A stretch of 64,000 nucleotides of DNA, taken from assembly GCA_000092065.1 (NCBI GenBank), contig CP000582.1, one strand, 5' to 3'. Numbering within the stretch: position 1 is the first letter of the stretch; each line of letters opens with the position of its first letter. Made by a program: the position numbers and the translations under genes. This document shows positions 20,239 to 31,208 of the stretch, in pieces. The notes beneath the pieces were generated by a model. It searched no databases and was not told the DNA's origin. It saw only the letters and a program-made list of their open reading frames with translations. The stretch is from Ostreococcus lucimarinus. Its lineage: Eukaryota.

Positions 20239-21972
20239 ATGTTCGACGATACGATAAACTCGACTGGGGATGTGCCAGCCGCCTGGTATAGGGATCTTTC
20301 TCACGTTGGATACAACTTGGCTGGTCAGCGACTGCAGCGGAATGTTGGTGCCGATGCACTGTCAAAGTTGCTGAACGACGTCGATGATCGTTCTTCATGG
20401 CGAAAGCTATCTGACGGTTTGACAGGGCGAGATTTCAAGTTATCTCAAAGTGATATTGTTTTATTGAGACGCATGCAAGCGGGTAGGCTGCTGACAGACC
20501 CACTGGCACACATCACGGGAATAAGTCAAATCATGGAAAATGTAGTCTCCACAACCGAACCAAAGCGGCGATTTCAGCCATCGAAATGGGAAGCTAAATC
20601 AGTACTAAGATTAGTTCGCGCTTTGAGGCAGCAACCTCGGCGTAATGTATCAGCTGGCGAGAATGATATTCAACATACTCGTGATATATGGTTGGGCGTG
20701 CAGCACTTAGTGCACAATAGCTCTGGGTCTGTTCGTGTACCGAAACCATTACCACCAGGTAATCACTTTTCTTTCAACCCACCGGCAGAATATGTGGCAT
20801 ACTTGGGCAAATCTTCAGATTACGCGCCAAAAAGTCTCAGGCAGCTTCATAGCTATGAAAACTTCACACGCGAAAGATTTGAGAGATGCCTTGATTTATA
20901 TCTATGTCCTCGTTCCAATCGTGTTAGAGTAAATATGGCACCCGATGAAATTTTGCCGCAACTACCCTCTCCAAAATCTCTGAAACCTTTCCCAGAGATT
21001 CTCACACAGAGCTATACCATCTCAGAGAAAATTATGTCAATGTCTGTTCACTCCTCTGGTGAGTGGCTTGCATGCAGTACAAAAACTGCTAAAGTGTTTA
21101 TATTCGATATTCACACTGGATGCTGTCTCCAAAAAATTAGCTTCGGTATCGCACCCACCGCAATTCGTTGGCATCCAGTGAAACCGCGCATCTTACTGCT
21201 CATACTAGGTTGCTGCGTTCTTGTGACAGATGCTTTCAGTGTTTTCGATGCCTCAAACGTGAACTTTATGGAAACTTCAGAGCTGATGAGTTGGATCCAG
21301 CTCGGTGTATCAACATTTATTGTACGACACACATCAATCGTGAAAGAAATAGTATGGCACGAAAAAGGCTGTTACTTTGCTACGATTTTTGGTACAAAAA
21401 GTGGTGTCATGATACACAATCTTGATAAACAGGAATCCCAATCACCTTTCGTGAAGCACGATGCTCCAATACTCGGCACTTCATTTCATCCAACAAAAGC
21501 ATTCTTCTTCATCTGCTCACAGAAGAGTGTACGAATGTATAATTTGAAGACACAGGAGCTCGAGAAAAAGTTTTCGAAAGGTACGGCAGTGAATTCTTGC
21601 ATGTGTATCAGCTCTAGTGGCTTGAGTCTGTTCGTGGGCACACGTAATGGGAATTTACTGTGGTTTGATATAGGTAGCTCTACGCATAGCAAGGTCATTT
21701 CGATGCGTGGGGCAGCGATAGGTTCGGTGATTTGCCATGAAAAATATCCACTGTTGGCCACTGTGGCATTCGATGGCGACGTGAACATATTTCACATATC
21801 AGAGACATCTGATTTTGACTCGACCACGGAGCCCATGATAGTTCCAGTAAACACAATAAAGAGTACTAGAACAGAAATTGTGGATTGCTGCAGAATACAA
21901 TTTCATCCATGTCAGCCGTGGCTCTTTCTCCAGCGAGGAAAGGCAAATATTGGTCTTTTCAGTCCAATGTGA
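20239..21972 (+). CDS. BOP1: Ribosome biogenesis protein BOP1/Erb1 (BOP1NT domain plus WD40 repeats)
   Basis: GDVPAAWYRDLSHVGYNLAG, PKRRFQPSKWEAK and RERFERCLDLYLCPRSNRVRVNMAPDEILPQLPSPKSLKPFP match the BOP1 N-terminal domain. WD-repeat-like segments follow. The start is taken at MFDD (20239). The ORF is open from 20113. Confidence 0.85.
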   Translation: MFDDTINSTGDVPAAWYRDLSHVGYNLAGQRLQRNVGADALSKLLNDVDDRSSWRKLSDGLTGRDFKLSQSDIVLLRRMQAGRLLTDPLAHITGISQIMENVVSTTEPKRRFQPSKWEAKSVLRLVRALRQQPRRNVSAGENDIQHTRDIWLGVQHLVHNSSGSVRVPKPLPPGNHFSFNPPAEYVAYLGKSSDYAPKSLRQLHSYENFTRERFERCLDLYLCPRSNRVRVNMAPDEILPQLPSPKSLKPFPEILTQSYTISEKIMSMSVHSSGEWLACSTKTAKVFIFDIHTGCCLQKISFGIAPTAIRWHPVKPRILLLILGCCVLVTDAFSVFDASNVNFMETSELMSWIQLGVSTFIVRHTSIVKEIVWHEKGCYFATIFGTKSGVMIHNLDKQESQSPFVKHDAPILGTSFHPTKAFFFICSQKSVRMYNLKTQELEKKFSKGTAVNSCMCISSSGLSLFVGTRNGNLLWFDIGSSTHSKVISMRGAAIGSVICHEKYPLLATVAFDGDVNIFHISETSDFDSTTEPMIVPVNTIKSTRTEIVDCCRIQFHPCQPWLFLQRGKANIGLFSPM

Positions 21973-22658
21973 GCATCTGTTATCACGAGCGAAGCGAGAG
22001 CAAAAACTAGCACGATGTAGTTTAGAAAGACTTTTGAGTAGGAACGAGCGAGATGGCGCTGATACGTGGATGTGCTGTCACTTGAATGAAACTAAAATCT
22101 TCCTAAAGAAATCCGTTCCCAAATGCTCGATGTAAAATAAGAACAACTCATTCGCTTTGCAGAAAGGAGGAAAGCTTCAGAAATCCTCTTCATCCGAGGA
22201 CGAGTCATGATTCGAGTCCGTCATAATTTTCCATCCTACGCGATCGACTTATGTTCGTTTCAACGAAAGCAATGGTGCTGCGTACCTTCGACTACAAAAA
22301 GCCGTCTTATCACTACCAAGTCAGCTGCGTGTGGAATTCGATATTCTTCAAGTCGCTTGTCAGCCATGAGCTGAGTGCCGTTGCACAGCACCCTGTCCTC
22401 CGTAGTTAAGTCACTTTTGAGTTCCGTCTGAGCTTCCTGATCATAAATTTGATGCCAACTTGTACGTGAAAGCTCCTGTACAGTTTTCTGTGCCGATAGA
22501 CTGAGAACAATTTCGTCGAGGATTATAGTTTTAGTCGACAGCGTAGAGTTATGATACAAGCTCCACTTGTTAATCTCTAGTCTTGGGCGAACACGTATCG
22601 TTAACATTGGACTCAGTTTTAACTTCTTTGAATGAATATGAGACGCAGCTATGCGGAC

Positions 22659-22702
22659 GAAGTCGCGTGCGTTTTCGCGGTTAAGTCGCGTGCGTTTTCG
22701 CG
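22659..22702. repeat. Tandem duplication of a 21-bp unit AAGTCGCGTGCGTTTTCGCGG (x2 with a TT spacer), related to the start of promoter repeat 'B'
   Basis: Read directly from the sequence. It shares AAGTCGCG..TGCGTGTTT with 3250..3280. Confidence 0.6.
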
Positions 22703-23375
22703 GCGCGCGATGTCGTCATGATGTCCTATGACATGATCTCACTTCAACTAAATATGAATGATTGGGATGTCACTTCACAAGAAAATCGCATAATAAAGGA
22801 TATCATATAGGGTAAAATTACTTAAACATCGATGCTTAGTTAAATCTAAAATCTAATTTCATCCCGTGGCTCCACTTGTCTCTACATTTTTGCAAAAATC
22901 GCTCGTCGAACGCGTCTCATCGAGAGCGCTCGATCGCCGCTGAGTTTGGCAAAATCCACTATATTCGTGGATTTTCATAAAAATGCGGGTCAGAGGCAAG
23001 ACAAAACAAATCCTACTTAGGTTTTCCTGTGACTACATGATGCTTATTAGCCAAGCGCGCTACGTCTACAGTCTATTTGTCGAAGATTGGAAGATTGAAC
23101 ATTTTGTGTATCGTCATCTCTCAAAAAAATGAACACTATGATGATACACGCTTACACAGATGAAAATGGCGAGTAGCAGTGCGCTACTTAAAAATATCCA
23201 CAGGTACCAAAAGAGAGGCACCGAACTACGAATTTGCGGTTCGCAATTACTTTCAGCAGTATTACTCAAGACTTCTCGAACTCTTCGACGGAATGCTACG
23301 ACGTCAAATTTCTGTCCAAAATTAAGCTGTGCTGCGTTTCCCATTCGCTCAGCGAGCCCAGACACGCGTGCGAGT

Positions 23376-25056
23376 TTACTCATCGCGCACGCAAAGCTCT
23401 TGAAAAATGTTAGAAGGAAACTTTAAAGTATTCGACAATCGTACTTCTGGAGTATTTTCGCACAGGAAGCCCGTCACACCATGTATCACAGTCTCCTTGG
23501 GACCTCCACTATTGCACGCAACGACAGGTTTATGGTACTGCATGGCTTCAAGTGGTACGATTCCAAAGTGCTCTTCATTTGGTGTGTACAAAACACACAA
23601 ACTATGATGCAATAAAACTTGCTTCTGGTGATTGTTGATCGAAGGAAGAAAGAGAACACTGTCAGAGAGTTCTAGATCGTCTTTCAGCCTACACTTCAGG
23701 TGTGAATACAGTTGAAATTTGAAGCGCCTTTTTCACCTCCTCAGCTCGCGCAGCACTTGGACATTATCTTGTAAACGCGAGTCAAAGCCACCTGCAAGAA
23801 TCAGCATGTATGTTGCATCGTTCCGATTTTGCTGAATGAACTTATGAAATGCGAGAATAGCAAGACGAAGGTTTTTATTTGAATCGAAACGATTTATGGA
23901 GAGGAATATCTTCCTGCGTCTGAAGTCAGAAGGTTGTGCTGACTAAGACGAAGTTACCAGCCTTACCTTTCCTGAAAAATTAGTGATTTGCCAGGAAAAG
24001 TTCTGAAGGTCGCATCCACATCATGTGTAAACTCAAGCTCCTAAAGCAGGTCAACAACAAATTTGAACCCAGCGTGTAACCAAAGCGTACCGTCAAAGAA
24101 GCTGTGGGGTAAACAACCTCTGGAGATATTCCTTTCCTGTACAGTCGTTTGAAGGTTCGTGAGAAGACTTCAGCTGTAAAGTAGCTATTCACAACAATAC
24201 AATCAGCCTTTACAAATCTGAGTTAGTCGGAACTCAACTCTCGATAAACTTTTCCTTACCATGCCAGTGCAATGCTCCTCAACATAGTCTATCGGAGTTC
24301 GATACAGACGTTGTAGTGTTGTATTGTGTGGAGCTAGTAGGCAGTCTGGAAAATGACAATAAAAAATTGTGCGTTGTGCGAAGATTTTAAGGACAAATAT
24401 TGGGATTGGAACCTGAGCATTGTTAAAGCCATGTAAAAATTCAACTCACACAGTTAAGTACCTGATCCAAAATCCAAACATCGACTTTACCACAGTCTCG
24501 CCACAGTGCAAAAAACTGTATTCAGTTAGCCTAAAAGTTACTGTGAAGGCAAGTAACGTACAACTACGCAAAGACATCGCAGATTGGCGCAAATGGCATG
24601 AAACCGCCCCGCAAAATTTCGTGGCACCAGTGAATTGTAAACTTGTATCCAGTCAACGCGTTTGCCCTCTGGAGAAAACTTTGAATTCACTCGCTTTCGT
24701 CTTTCACTGTCTTTCACCTGTATTCACAGTGTCTTCAAAGCACCGATTTTCGTCGTGAAATGCCGTATAAAGCTTAATCTACTTTGCGGTCAACTCGGAA
24801 TACAATTACTTTTGAAGCTGACTCATGTGACTTACTTCGTGACCAGCTGTTGAGCACGCTCTTGCGAAGTCCAATATGAGTCGTTCTGCGCCACCTATGA
24901 AGAACCTTGTAATGAACATGCAAAGCGAAGCAGATCTACCTCACCTAATCCAAGATCCGGATGTATGATGTTTATTCTTAGCGGTTTTGAGGTGCCGTCA
25001 GTGTGTGCTGAACTTTTGGCGCGGCACTCTTTGGACAAGTCCTTTGTAGCGAACAT
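23376..25056 (-). CDS. ALG2: Alpha-1,3/1,6-mannosyltransferase ALG2 (GT4), at least 5 exons
   Basis: The last exon has NEEHFGIVPLEAMQYHKPVVACNSGGPKETVIHGVTGFLC, the ALG2 C-terminal box. Other exons read in reverse complement are LLAPHNTTLQRLYRTPIDYVEEHCTGM|GTAAGG (about 24200..24290), VNSYFTAEVFSRTFKRL...PEVVYP (about 24050..24190), FLSINRFDSNKNLRLAILAFHKF..LILAGG (about 23770..23900), and a first exon MFATKD...PLRINIIHPDLGLG (25056 to about 24940). There is a large intron of about 600 bp at 24300..24930. Confidence 0.8.
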
Positions 25057-25455
25057 CGATGTATTCCAGAACGCGTAAGATGTAAAGATACTCGAAGTCA
25101 CTATTGCCAGAGTGTGGACGAGTCGTACAAATTGATGGCTCACGTGACGGGGTCTAGCGATCCCAGGTTTGTCCGTGAACGAACCATACGAAAAAAGGCA
25201 ACGAAATTGGACGTAGGATCTCACGCAGTCCGCATGAGCCAGATTGGTAGATTATGTGAAGATATAATAGGACGGATTGTACAAGTGCAGAAGTGATGTG
25301 GGGTATCCATTGAAATTAATGTTCACACGATGGCCTAAAGTCACATCATACCTACATCAACTATTTGGCTCTTTTCTTGTTTAAAAGGTCCAAGGGATTC
25401 ATCTACGAAATGCGATCTGGTGAATTTCTTGCCACCGTGGTCAGCGAACAAAGTA

Positions 25456-26766
25456 TTAGTCGTTTTCGTAGAACTCTTCCTTACTTATGACGACGCTGTC
25501 TTGACCCAAACTCCCGCCATATCTTTCGTCTGGGTTCAGATCACTCTCGTCCAACTCCGGTACGAGGACGGCGGGAGGTGCTTCGCTGAATTCAACACTC
25601 GGTGCGAACGTGAGGGATTTCAAGTTTTGCCGAACTTTTTCTTTCACCTGATTCAAGTATGAAGGTGTGTTCAAATTTTCTATCCACACCGGCGCGTGTG
25701 CCTTCAACTTGTATCCTGCATCGGCGTAATACTCGTAATAGTTCTCGTGCGGTGGAATATGTTCTACCAGTTGTTTACCTAGGAGAGTTGCTGTCTCATT
25801 CGCCCAGCATCTGGCTACATTGGATTTCGTATAGCCTCCGCCACCTGTAACAAGTATCGGCTTCGCAAAACTTTTCATGAAGGAAACACATTCTGCGTGA
25901 CCTTTCAGTGAAAGGTTAAAGCAACCGATTCGATCGCCAGCTAGTGAATCAGCGCCGCATTGGAGGACGATGGCGCCTGGTTGGAATGAATCCATCACGT
26001 CTTGCATGACAAATTTGAATAGATCCACAAAGCTTTTGTCATCTATGCCATCATTCAAGGGCACATTGACACTGTAGTATTTTCCCGAGTTTATGCCGAT
26101 GTCCCTCAAACCACCTGTGCCCGGGAAGAACATATCGCCATATTTATGAAAACTGACGGTCATCACTCGATCAGTCATGTAAAATGCTTCTTCCACTCCG
26201 TCACCGTGATGAATATCTATATCTATGTACACGACCCGTGCATGTTGCTTCAGGAGTTCTAGTATCGCTAACACGAGGTCGTTGATGTAGCAAAATCCCG
26301 AAGCTTCTGCCTTCTTTGCATGGTGTAAACCTCCAGACCAGTTTATGGCAATGTCTGATACCCCCTGATTCAATCGCCGGACTCCGTCAATGGACCCACC
26401 TGTGTACCGTCGACAAAAGTCAAGCATGTGATCGAAAATGGGGCAGTCTTCGCCAAGGTTGAATCTTTGCATTTCTAAAACGTATTGTTGCTGCTTGTCA
26501 GGAGTTATTTTTGACAAGAAATCGACGTAATCTTCGCTATGAAACTGAGTGAATTCTGTGTTCGTGCAGGCTCGTGGCCTGAAAACTTGCAGGTGTTTAT
26601 GCAAATCATAGGCCAAAATCAAATTGTGCGTCATGCACAAGCGATGAGGCTTCATGGGGTGGTTCGGCCCGTAGTAGTTTCTACCAACTTCTTCGTCATA
26701 GTAGTAGCACACCCTTTCCTTGGCGACCATCGGAACCGACGAAAGCCCGTGTGGAACGAGAACCAA
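25456..26766 (-). CDS. HDAC1: Class I histone deacetylase (RPD3/HDA1-like HDAC)
   Basis: RVCYYYDEEVGRNYYGPNHPMKPHRLCMTHNLILAYDL, GGLHHAKK, YIDIDIHHGDGVEEAF, FPGTG, and YTKSNVARCW are present. The acidic C-terminus is typical. The start is probably the internal Met at about 26730 (MVAKER). Confidence 0.9.
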   Translation of the reverse strand: MVLVPHGLSSVPMVAKERVCYYYDEEVGRNYYGPNHPMKPHRLCMTHNLILAYDLHKHLQVFRPRACTNTEFTQFHSEDYVDFLSKITPDKQQQYVLEMQRFNLGEDCPIFDHMLDFCRRYTGGSIDGVRRLNQGVSDIAINWSGGLHHAKKAEASGFCYINDLVLAILELLKQHARVVYIDIDIHHGDGVEEAFYMTDRVMTVSFHKYGDMFFPGTGGLRDIGINSGKYYSVNVPLNDGIDDKSFVDLFKFVMQDVMDSFQPGAIVLQCGADSLAGDRIGCFNLSLKGHAECVSFMKSFAKPILVTGGGGYTKSNVARCWANETATLLGKQLVEHIPPHENYYEYYADAGYKLKAHAPVWIENLNTPSYLNQVKEKVRQNLKSLTFAPSVEFSEAPPAVLVPELDESDLNPDERYGGSLGQDSVVISKEEFYEND

Positions 26767-26924
26767 CCTTTTGTTAAAAAATTGGCGACGGCCGCAAACT
26801 GTCTTGAATTTCGTAGGAACTGAATACTATCTCGTTTGCTAGGCTTCGGCTTCCGTGTGTTGCGTGCGGTGCAAGGTGGCCGACGTGGTACTTGGAAGAA
26901 AATAAGAAAATTGAATCGAGTAAG

Positions 26925-27064
26925 CCGAACCCAACCCGTATTATAGCGGCGCTAAAGAGTATGTCTACACTACGAGACTCAAACATACATATAGACTAGA
27001 TATAGACTTGGCGCGTATTCATACGAATAACCATCAGACAAGCGACTTTAAACGCGCGACTTGA
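26925..27064 (-). repeat. Promoter-proximal repeat family 'B', copy 3 (inverted), about 140 bp upstream of the HDAC start codon
   Basis: The reverse complement reads caAGTCGCGcgtttaaagtcgcTTGTCTGATGgttattcgtatgaatacgcg..agtctata..atgtatg..tcgtagtgtagaca..gctataatacgggttgggttc. This is collinear with 3250..3380. Confidence 0.55.
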
Positions 27065-27479
27065 AAACTAAACCAAAAAATACAGCAGGATTCGGCTGGT
27101 GCCGCCGCCGTGCAGCCCACGGAAAAGACGCGCCTATCGAAGCGATGCGTGACGAAGGAAGTGAAGGCGACGTGAAAAGCCAACCAAAATTAGAGAAAAG
27201 GTACACAACTTACGTTCGGTTGTACCGTTTCATTGACGTCCTCTGAAGTTCTCCGAAATCCTCAAAGAGTAGGGCATACTACCTGAAGAAGTGTACGACT
27301 GTAAAAGCTCTGTTCTTCCGCCATTTTACATGAACGTTTTCAGCCGAAATGAAGGTCTTACAGCTCATTGAGAAGTATGAGGTACTCAAAAGCAAAGGTG
27401 CAGTTGACAAATTCCTAGCAAAAAAGCGAAAGAGGCGCGCGACTCGAGGAAGAAAATATGTACCCTCTGTTCCCAAGCG
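27061..27479 (+). CDS. RRP36: Small multi-exon gene for an rRNA-processing RRP36-like protein (not represented by a single ORF in the track)
   Basis: A 5' part reads ...AAHGKDAPIEAMRDEGSEG..KSQPKLEK (the KxAP(V/I)E motif typical of RRP36). The last exon from about 27337 is MKVLQLIEKYEVLKSKGAVDKFLAKKRKRRATRGRKYVPSVPKR* (DUF947 C-terminal motif KY..L...G.L.K.LEKRRKK). The GT-AG boundaries between them are not fully resolved. Confidence 0.5.
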
Positions 27480-27562
27480 CTGACTCTTTCAGCGTAAAGT
27501 GAACCGTTGAATTGTTTTGCGCATGGAATGGTAACTTATCTTCGAACTATGACGTCTTTACA

Positions 27563-29686
27563 TCAAATGATGTGCACAATTCCATCGTCAACAAATATCT
27601 CGTTTGAGGTGGCCATTCTGTCTAGAATTTGCGTCACCTTCACAGGGTTGAAATGTGGCGACCACGAAGCTGCACTTCTCATAATAGCAGCAAGTTCTAC
27701 GCTGTTCTGACGAGCTCTAAGCTGACTGAAATTTCGTCTGAAAATACTCAGTTCATCTTCTTCTGTAGTCGGACCAGCAGGTAATGACGTGCAGCAGTCA
27801 GACACAATTTGCTCATTTGCTTCTATCCCGTATTTGAGTAAGCGTATGGCTTCGAGTGCATCGATACGCTCAACTTTCCTCGACATCCTTAGTTTTGCGT
27901 GCGCGCTGGCTAAACGGATCATCGTCTCAAGTGTCCGCGCAGTTATTGGTATCGAGCTTGAAGTTCTGGTCTTTTCTGCTTTCGCAAGTCTCCAAGCAGC
28001 ATATTGTTCAGCGATGCACACTTCTGCTTCATTTGTAAGTTTCTGTTCCCAAGGTCGTTCTTTCATGAATCGCAAATACTTTTGAAGATCGCTCTTCGTC
28101 AAAAACCCGCCGTTTGGCTCAGTACATGCGTCGGTGAAACTCCATTGGTTTTCTGGGTCGACTGCGACACTCGCAAGTCGGCTGCTTGTTGTAGCCGCAG
28201 GGCTCCTGTCCTGGCTATGGAGTTGAAGAACATGGGAAGAAATCGTACGATCGACCGTGGCATCAGATATATCATGAATGACAAAAAGTAAATCGAACCG
28301 TGATAAGAGTGAGTCGGGGAGATTGATGTTGCGAGAAAGACTTTGAGCGTGATCGTACGTCCCATACAGTGGATTGGCAGCAGCAACCACACTGCACCTA
28401 GCATTCAGAGATGCCTGTATACCAGCCTTAGAAATAGTAACCGTTTGCTGTTCCATTACTTCATGTATCGCAACCCTATCGATATCATTCATCTTGTCGA
28501 ATTCATCTATGCAGACAACGCCCCGATCAGCAAGCACCATCGCTCCAGCTTCCAGGCGTCTTTCTCCGGTTTCCATGTCACTAGTGATGGCCGCTGTCAA
28601 ACCAACGCCAGACGAACCGCGTCCAGTCGTACTTATAGCAAAAGGCGCAACACCCATGACACATCGCAATAATTGTGACTTCGCAACGGATGGATCACCA
28701 ACAAGTAAACAGTTAATATCACCGCGAATGTGAGTTCCGTTCGGCAAGTTCTTTTCGTTACCTCCTAGGAGGAGGAGCACTAAGGCTTGCTTAATATGGT
28801 TATGACCGCATATAGATGGGGCTAGAGAACGCCCTAGTAGCTCCAAAAGTTGTCTTGGTTGAACTATATTTGCCATTCTGGTCATGTCTTCGACTTCTGA
28901 TATTGTCGGGATGGGTGAAAGTTCCTTCGATAGTTTTTCTACACAATTTGCAACCAAAACAGTCTGGAAAGTACAAGTGTTACTGCGCTGAACTGGAACG
29001 ACTTTGTAAATTCCGATAATGCTCACTCGGTCTCCGGGTTTGCAGCAATCAACTAAATCTTCTTCGAGAATGACATCCACTGACCGTGGAAGCTGACCAG
29101 CAGGTGCTTTCTCTGGCATTTCTTGAATACATATGCGTTGATGATCAACGTACAACGATTCACCGTATTCGATGTCCAAAGAATTTCCGCTTTGATCTCG
29201 CATTGGAAAAGCCGCACCAGTACTCATACCAGTCAGTGCTGTGACATCGCGATAAATCTGTCCTTGGGACAGCTTTCCTGTATTGGGACAGAACTGAACT
29301 ATCTTTTGAACTTTTGGATTGACAGCGGAGCACTTGGTTACAATGCCATGTACTCGAACCATCTTATTGAGGTATGTTGATAACAGCTGTCTCGGAGACA
29401 GTTCATAGCTTCCAAAATTACCAGAAATACCTACACAAAAAGAGCACGGCTTTCTCAACAAAGATTCGGCGGCCACGCTGAGCGCTTTCAGTGCTACTCC
29501 TGGATCGGTTAGTATCCTCTGCGCTAAAGATGAGTCAAATTCTCGCACATGATCGAGTTGCACGATAAATCTGCCTCCCTCAGTTTGCTTTTGTAGCTTG
29601 ACCAAGTATGTGTCTTCGGAAACGGTTTTGCCGTTCCCTGAAATTTCAAATTTTTTTTGAAAAAAGGCTTCGAACTCGCGTTCCAT
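27563..29686 (-). CDS. MCM3: DNA replication licensing factor MCM3, apparently a single exon
   Basis: The 707-aa ORF reads [29 protein letters not shown], which is near-identical to the corresponding human MCM3 segment. It also has Walker [12 protein letters not shown], Walker B/IDEFDKM, the arginine finger SRFDL, and the C-terminal [21 protein letters not shown], as in MCM3 [20 protein letters not shown]. Confidence 0.9.
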   Translation of the reverse strand: MEREFEAFFQKKFEISGNGKTVSEDTYLVKLQKQTEGGRFIVQLDHVREFDSSLAQRILTDPGVALKALSVAAESLLRKPCSFCVGISGNFGSYELSPRQLLSTYLNKMVRVHGIVTKCSAVNPKVQKIVQFCPNTGKLSQGQIYRDVTALTGMSTGAAFPMRDQSGNSLDIEYGESLYVDHQRICIQEMPEKAPAGQLPRSVDVILEEDLVDCCKPGDRVSIIGIYKVVPVQRSNTCTFQTVLVANCVEKLSKELSPIPTISEVEDMTRMANIVQPRQLLELLGRSLAPSICGHNHIKQALVLLLLGGNEKNLPNGTHIRGDINCLLVGDPSVAKSQLLRCVMGVAPFAISTTGRGSSGVGLTAAITSDMETGERRLEAGAMVLADRGVVCIDEFDKMNDIDRVAIHEVMEQQTVTISKAGIQASLNARCSVVAAANPLYGTYDHAQSLSRNINLPDSLLSRFDLLFVIHDISDATVDRTISSHVLQLHSQDRSPAATTSSRLASVAVDPENQWSFTDACTEPNGGFLTKSDLQKYLRFMKERPWEQKLTNEAEVCIAEQYAAWRLAKAEKTRTSSSIPITARTLETMIRLASAHAKLRMSRKVERIDALEAIRLLKYGIEANEQIVSDCCTSLPAGPTTEEDELSIFRRNFSQLRARQNSVELAAIMRSAASWSPHFNPVKVTQILDRMATSNEIFVDDGIVHII

Positions 29687-29871
29687 GAAGGCGTTCCTCG
29701 CTCGTTGTGTCCAGTTTTAAAGCGCTAGAAGTACTAGCTTTTCACAAGCTCCAATATCAATCGAGCGTGCTCGTAACCGGACTCACTCTTTGAGGCTGCG
29801 CGCTGCGAACGAGGCAGCGAGCGGCGTCCGGGGATTGGTTTTTTGTAAAATTTGTTAGGATTGATATGATA

Positions 29872-30004
29872 TCAGTATATATTACTTTCCACGTCCCCAA
29901 TACGTGCGTACCGTCGGAAGTGCTAATAACTCGCGACGACGCCACAACGCGCGCCTGGCGATCGAGAAGTGCTAGCACCCCATACATTAGAGCCTGGAAA
30001 GTAA
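29872..30004. mobile_element. Intact Stowaway-like (Tc1/mariner-type) MITE, 133 bp, with 20-bp TIRs and TA target-site duplication
   Basis: The left TIR is TCAGTATATATTACTTTCCA. The right end tggaaagtaatacatactga is its reverse complement with one mismatch. Flanking TA dinucleotides are at 29870..29871 and 30005..30006. It sits about 190 bp upstream of the PsbP-like gene. Confidence 0.8.
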
Positions 30005-30195
30005 TACATACTGATATCGGATAGATAGATATCCAACGCCAAAAATGTTTTTCTGGCGTTGGCGTGTCGTACTTGTCGCAGCGTTCGCTTTCTCCACGCG
30101 GCGCAAAGCGTGAAGGAAACCTGCAAAGCGTGAAGGAAACCTGCAGACTCGTTCGCCCGCAAGTGTACGTAATCTCGATTGAGATAAGTTGATAC

Positions 30196-31143
30196 TTGCA
30201 ACCGTTAGTAACTTTTACTGTGAACATGAATGTGCGTATTACTCAGCGGACAGCGTTCCTAACACTAGCCCCTTCGCGCAGCACCGCGTTCAACGGTAGG
30301 AAAGCGTGCAGTAATCGATTCACTCGCATCGCTCGTAAAATCCAAGCGTCGTTGGATTTGACTGAAGATATGGAGCGTATTGTCTCTCGGCGATACGTGG
30401 TTACCTCAACACTTGTGATAGGACAGCTGACACGTGCCTTACCCGCAAAAGCCGTCATGGTATGTATCGAGCGATTGAGCCTAGACCGTGAGCATATCTC
30501 AAAATCGCGTAGGGAATGACGGCAGGGCGCGTTCCAGGGTTCGCCAAGGCCGATACCAATGGCTTTCGAGTGTACACGCGACCCGAGGCCAAAAGCGGTG
30601 GACATGGTGTCGGCTGGAGTGAAATAACACCTTACTCGTTTCAAGCGAATGAGTCATGGAGAGAAACGCCCGTGAGCATTGCTGATCCAGCGGGTACAGA
30701 AATCGATGCTAAATTTGTGAGCGACAGCGATGGAGAGCTGAAAATAATTCTTGCTCCCATCCTTCGTTTTTCAGACAAGGTGAGTGTTTTTTCTGAAAGT
30801 TTGGATGTAAACAAATTGAAACTGAAACAATACATAAAAGGGTGACTTGGATACAATCGATATTAAAGAGCTTGTTTCGTTGAATGCTTTCATAAAAGGA
30901 TTTGGTCCAGAACTATTAGGAAATCCCATACAGGACGAGAACATACTGAGCGCCGAGGAGATTCAAGTAAAAGATAGAACCTACTACATCTACGAACTTG
31001 CAAATCATAGTCTGGTATCAGCAACTACCTGGAATAAAAGAGTTTACATATGTGCCATAACATGCAACTCGTTACAATGGCGAAAAAGTAAATCAAATAA
31101 CATTTCAGTGCTCAAGTCTTTCCAGGTACTTGTCTCCGGCTAG
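30196..31143 (+). CDS. PsbP-domain protein (PPL/PPD family) of the thylakoid lumen, 3 exons, with a transit peptide and twin-arginine signal
   Basis: Exon 1 is 30196..30459 (a Ser/Thr/Arg-rich N-terminus, then the TAT signal SRRYVVTSTLVIGQLTRALPAKA, donor ATG|GTATGT). Exon 2 is 30513..30779 (GFRVY..GWSEI.., donor AAG|GTGAGT). Exon 3 is 30841..31143 (RTYYIYEL..ATTWNKRVYICAITCNSLQWRK, the PsbP fold C-terminal signature). All intron phases are 0 and consistent. Confidence 0.8.
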
Positions 31144-31208
31144 CTCCAAAATTCTGAAGAGTATCAAAGATACTATCCACTGCTTGGAATTTTGAACGCG
31201 CTCCCTAT

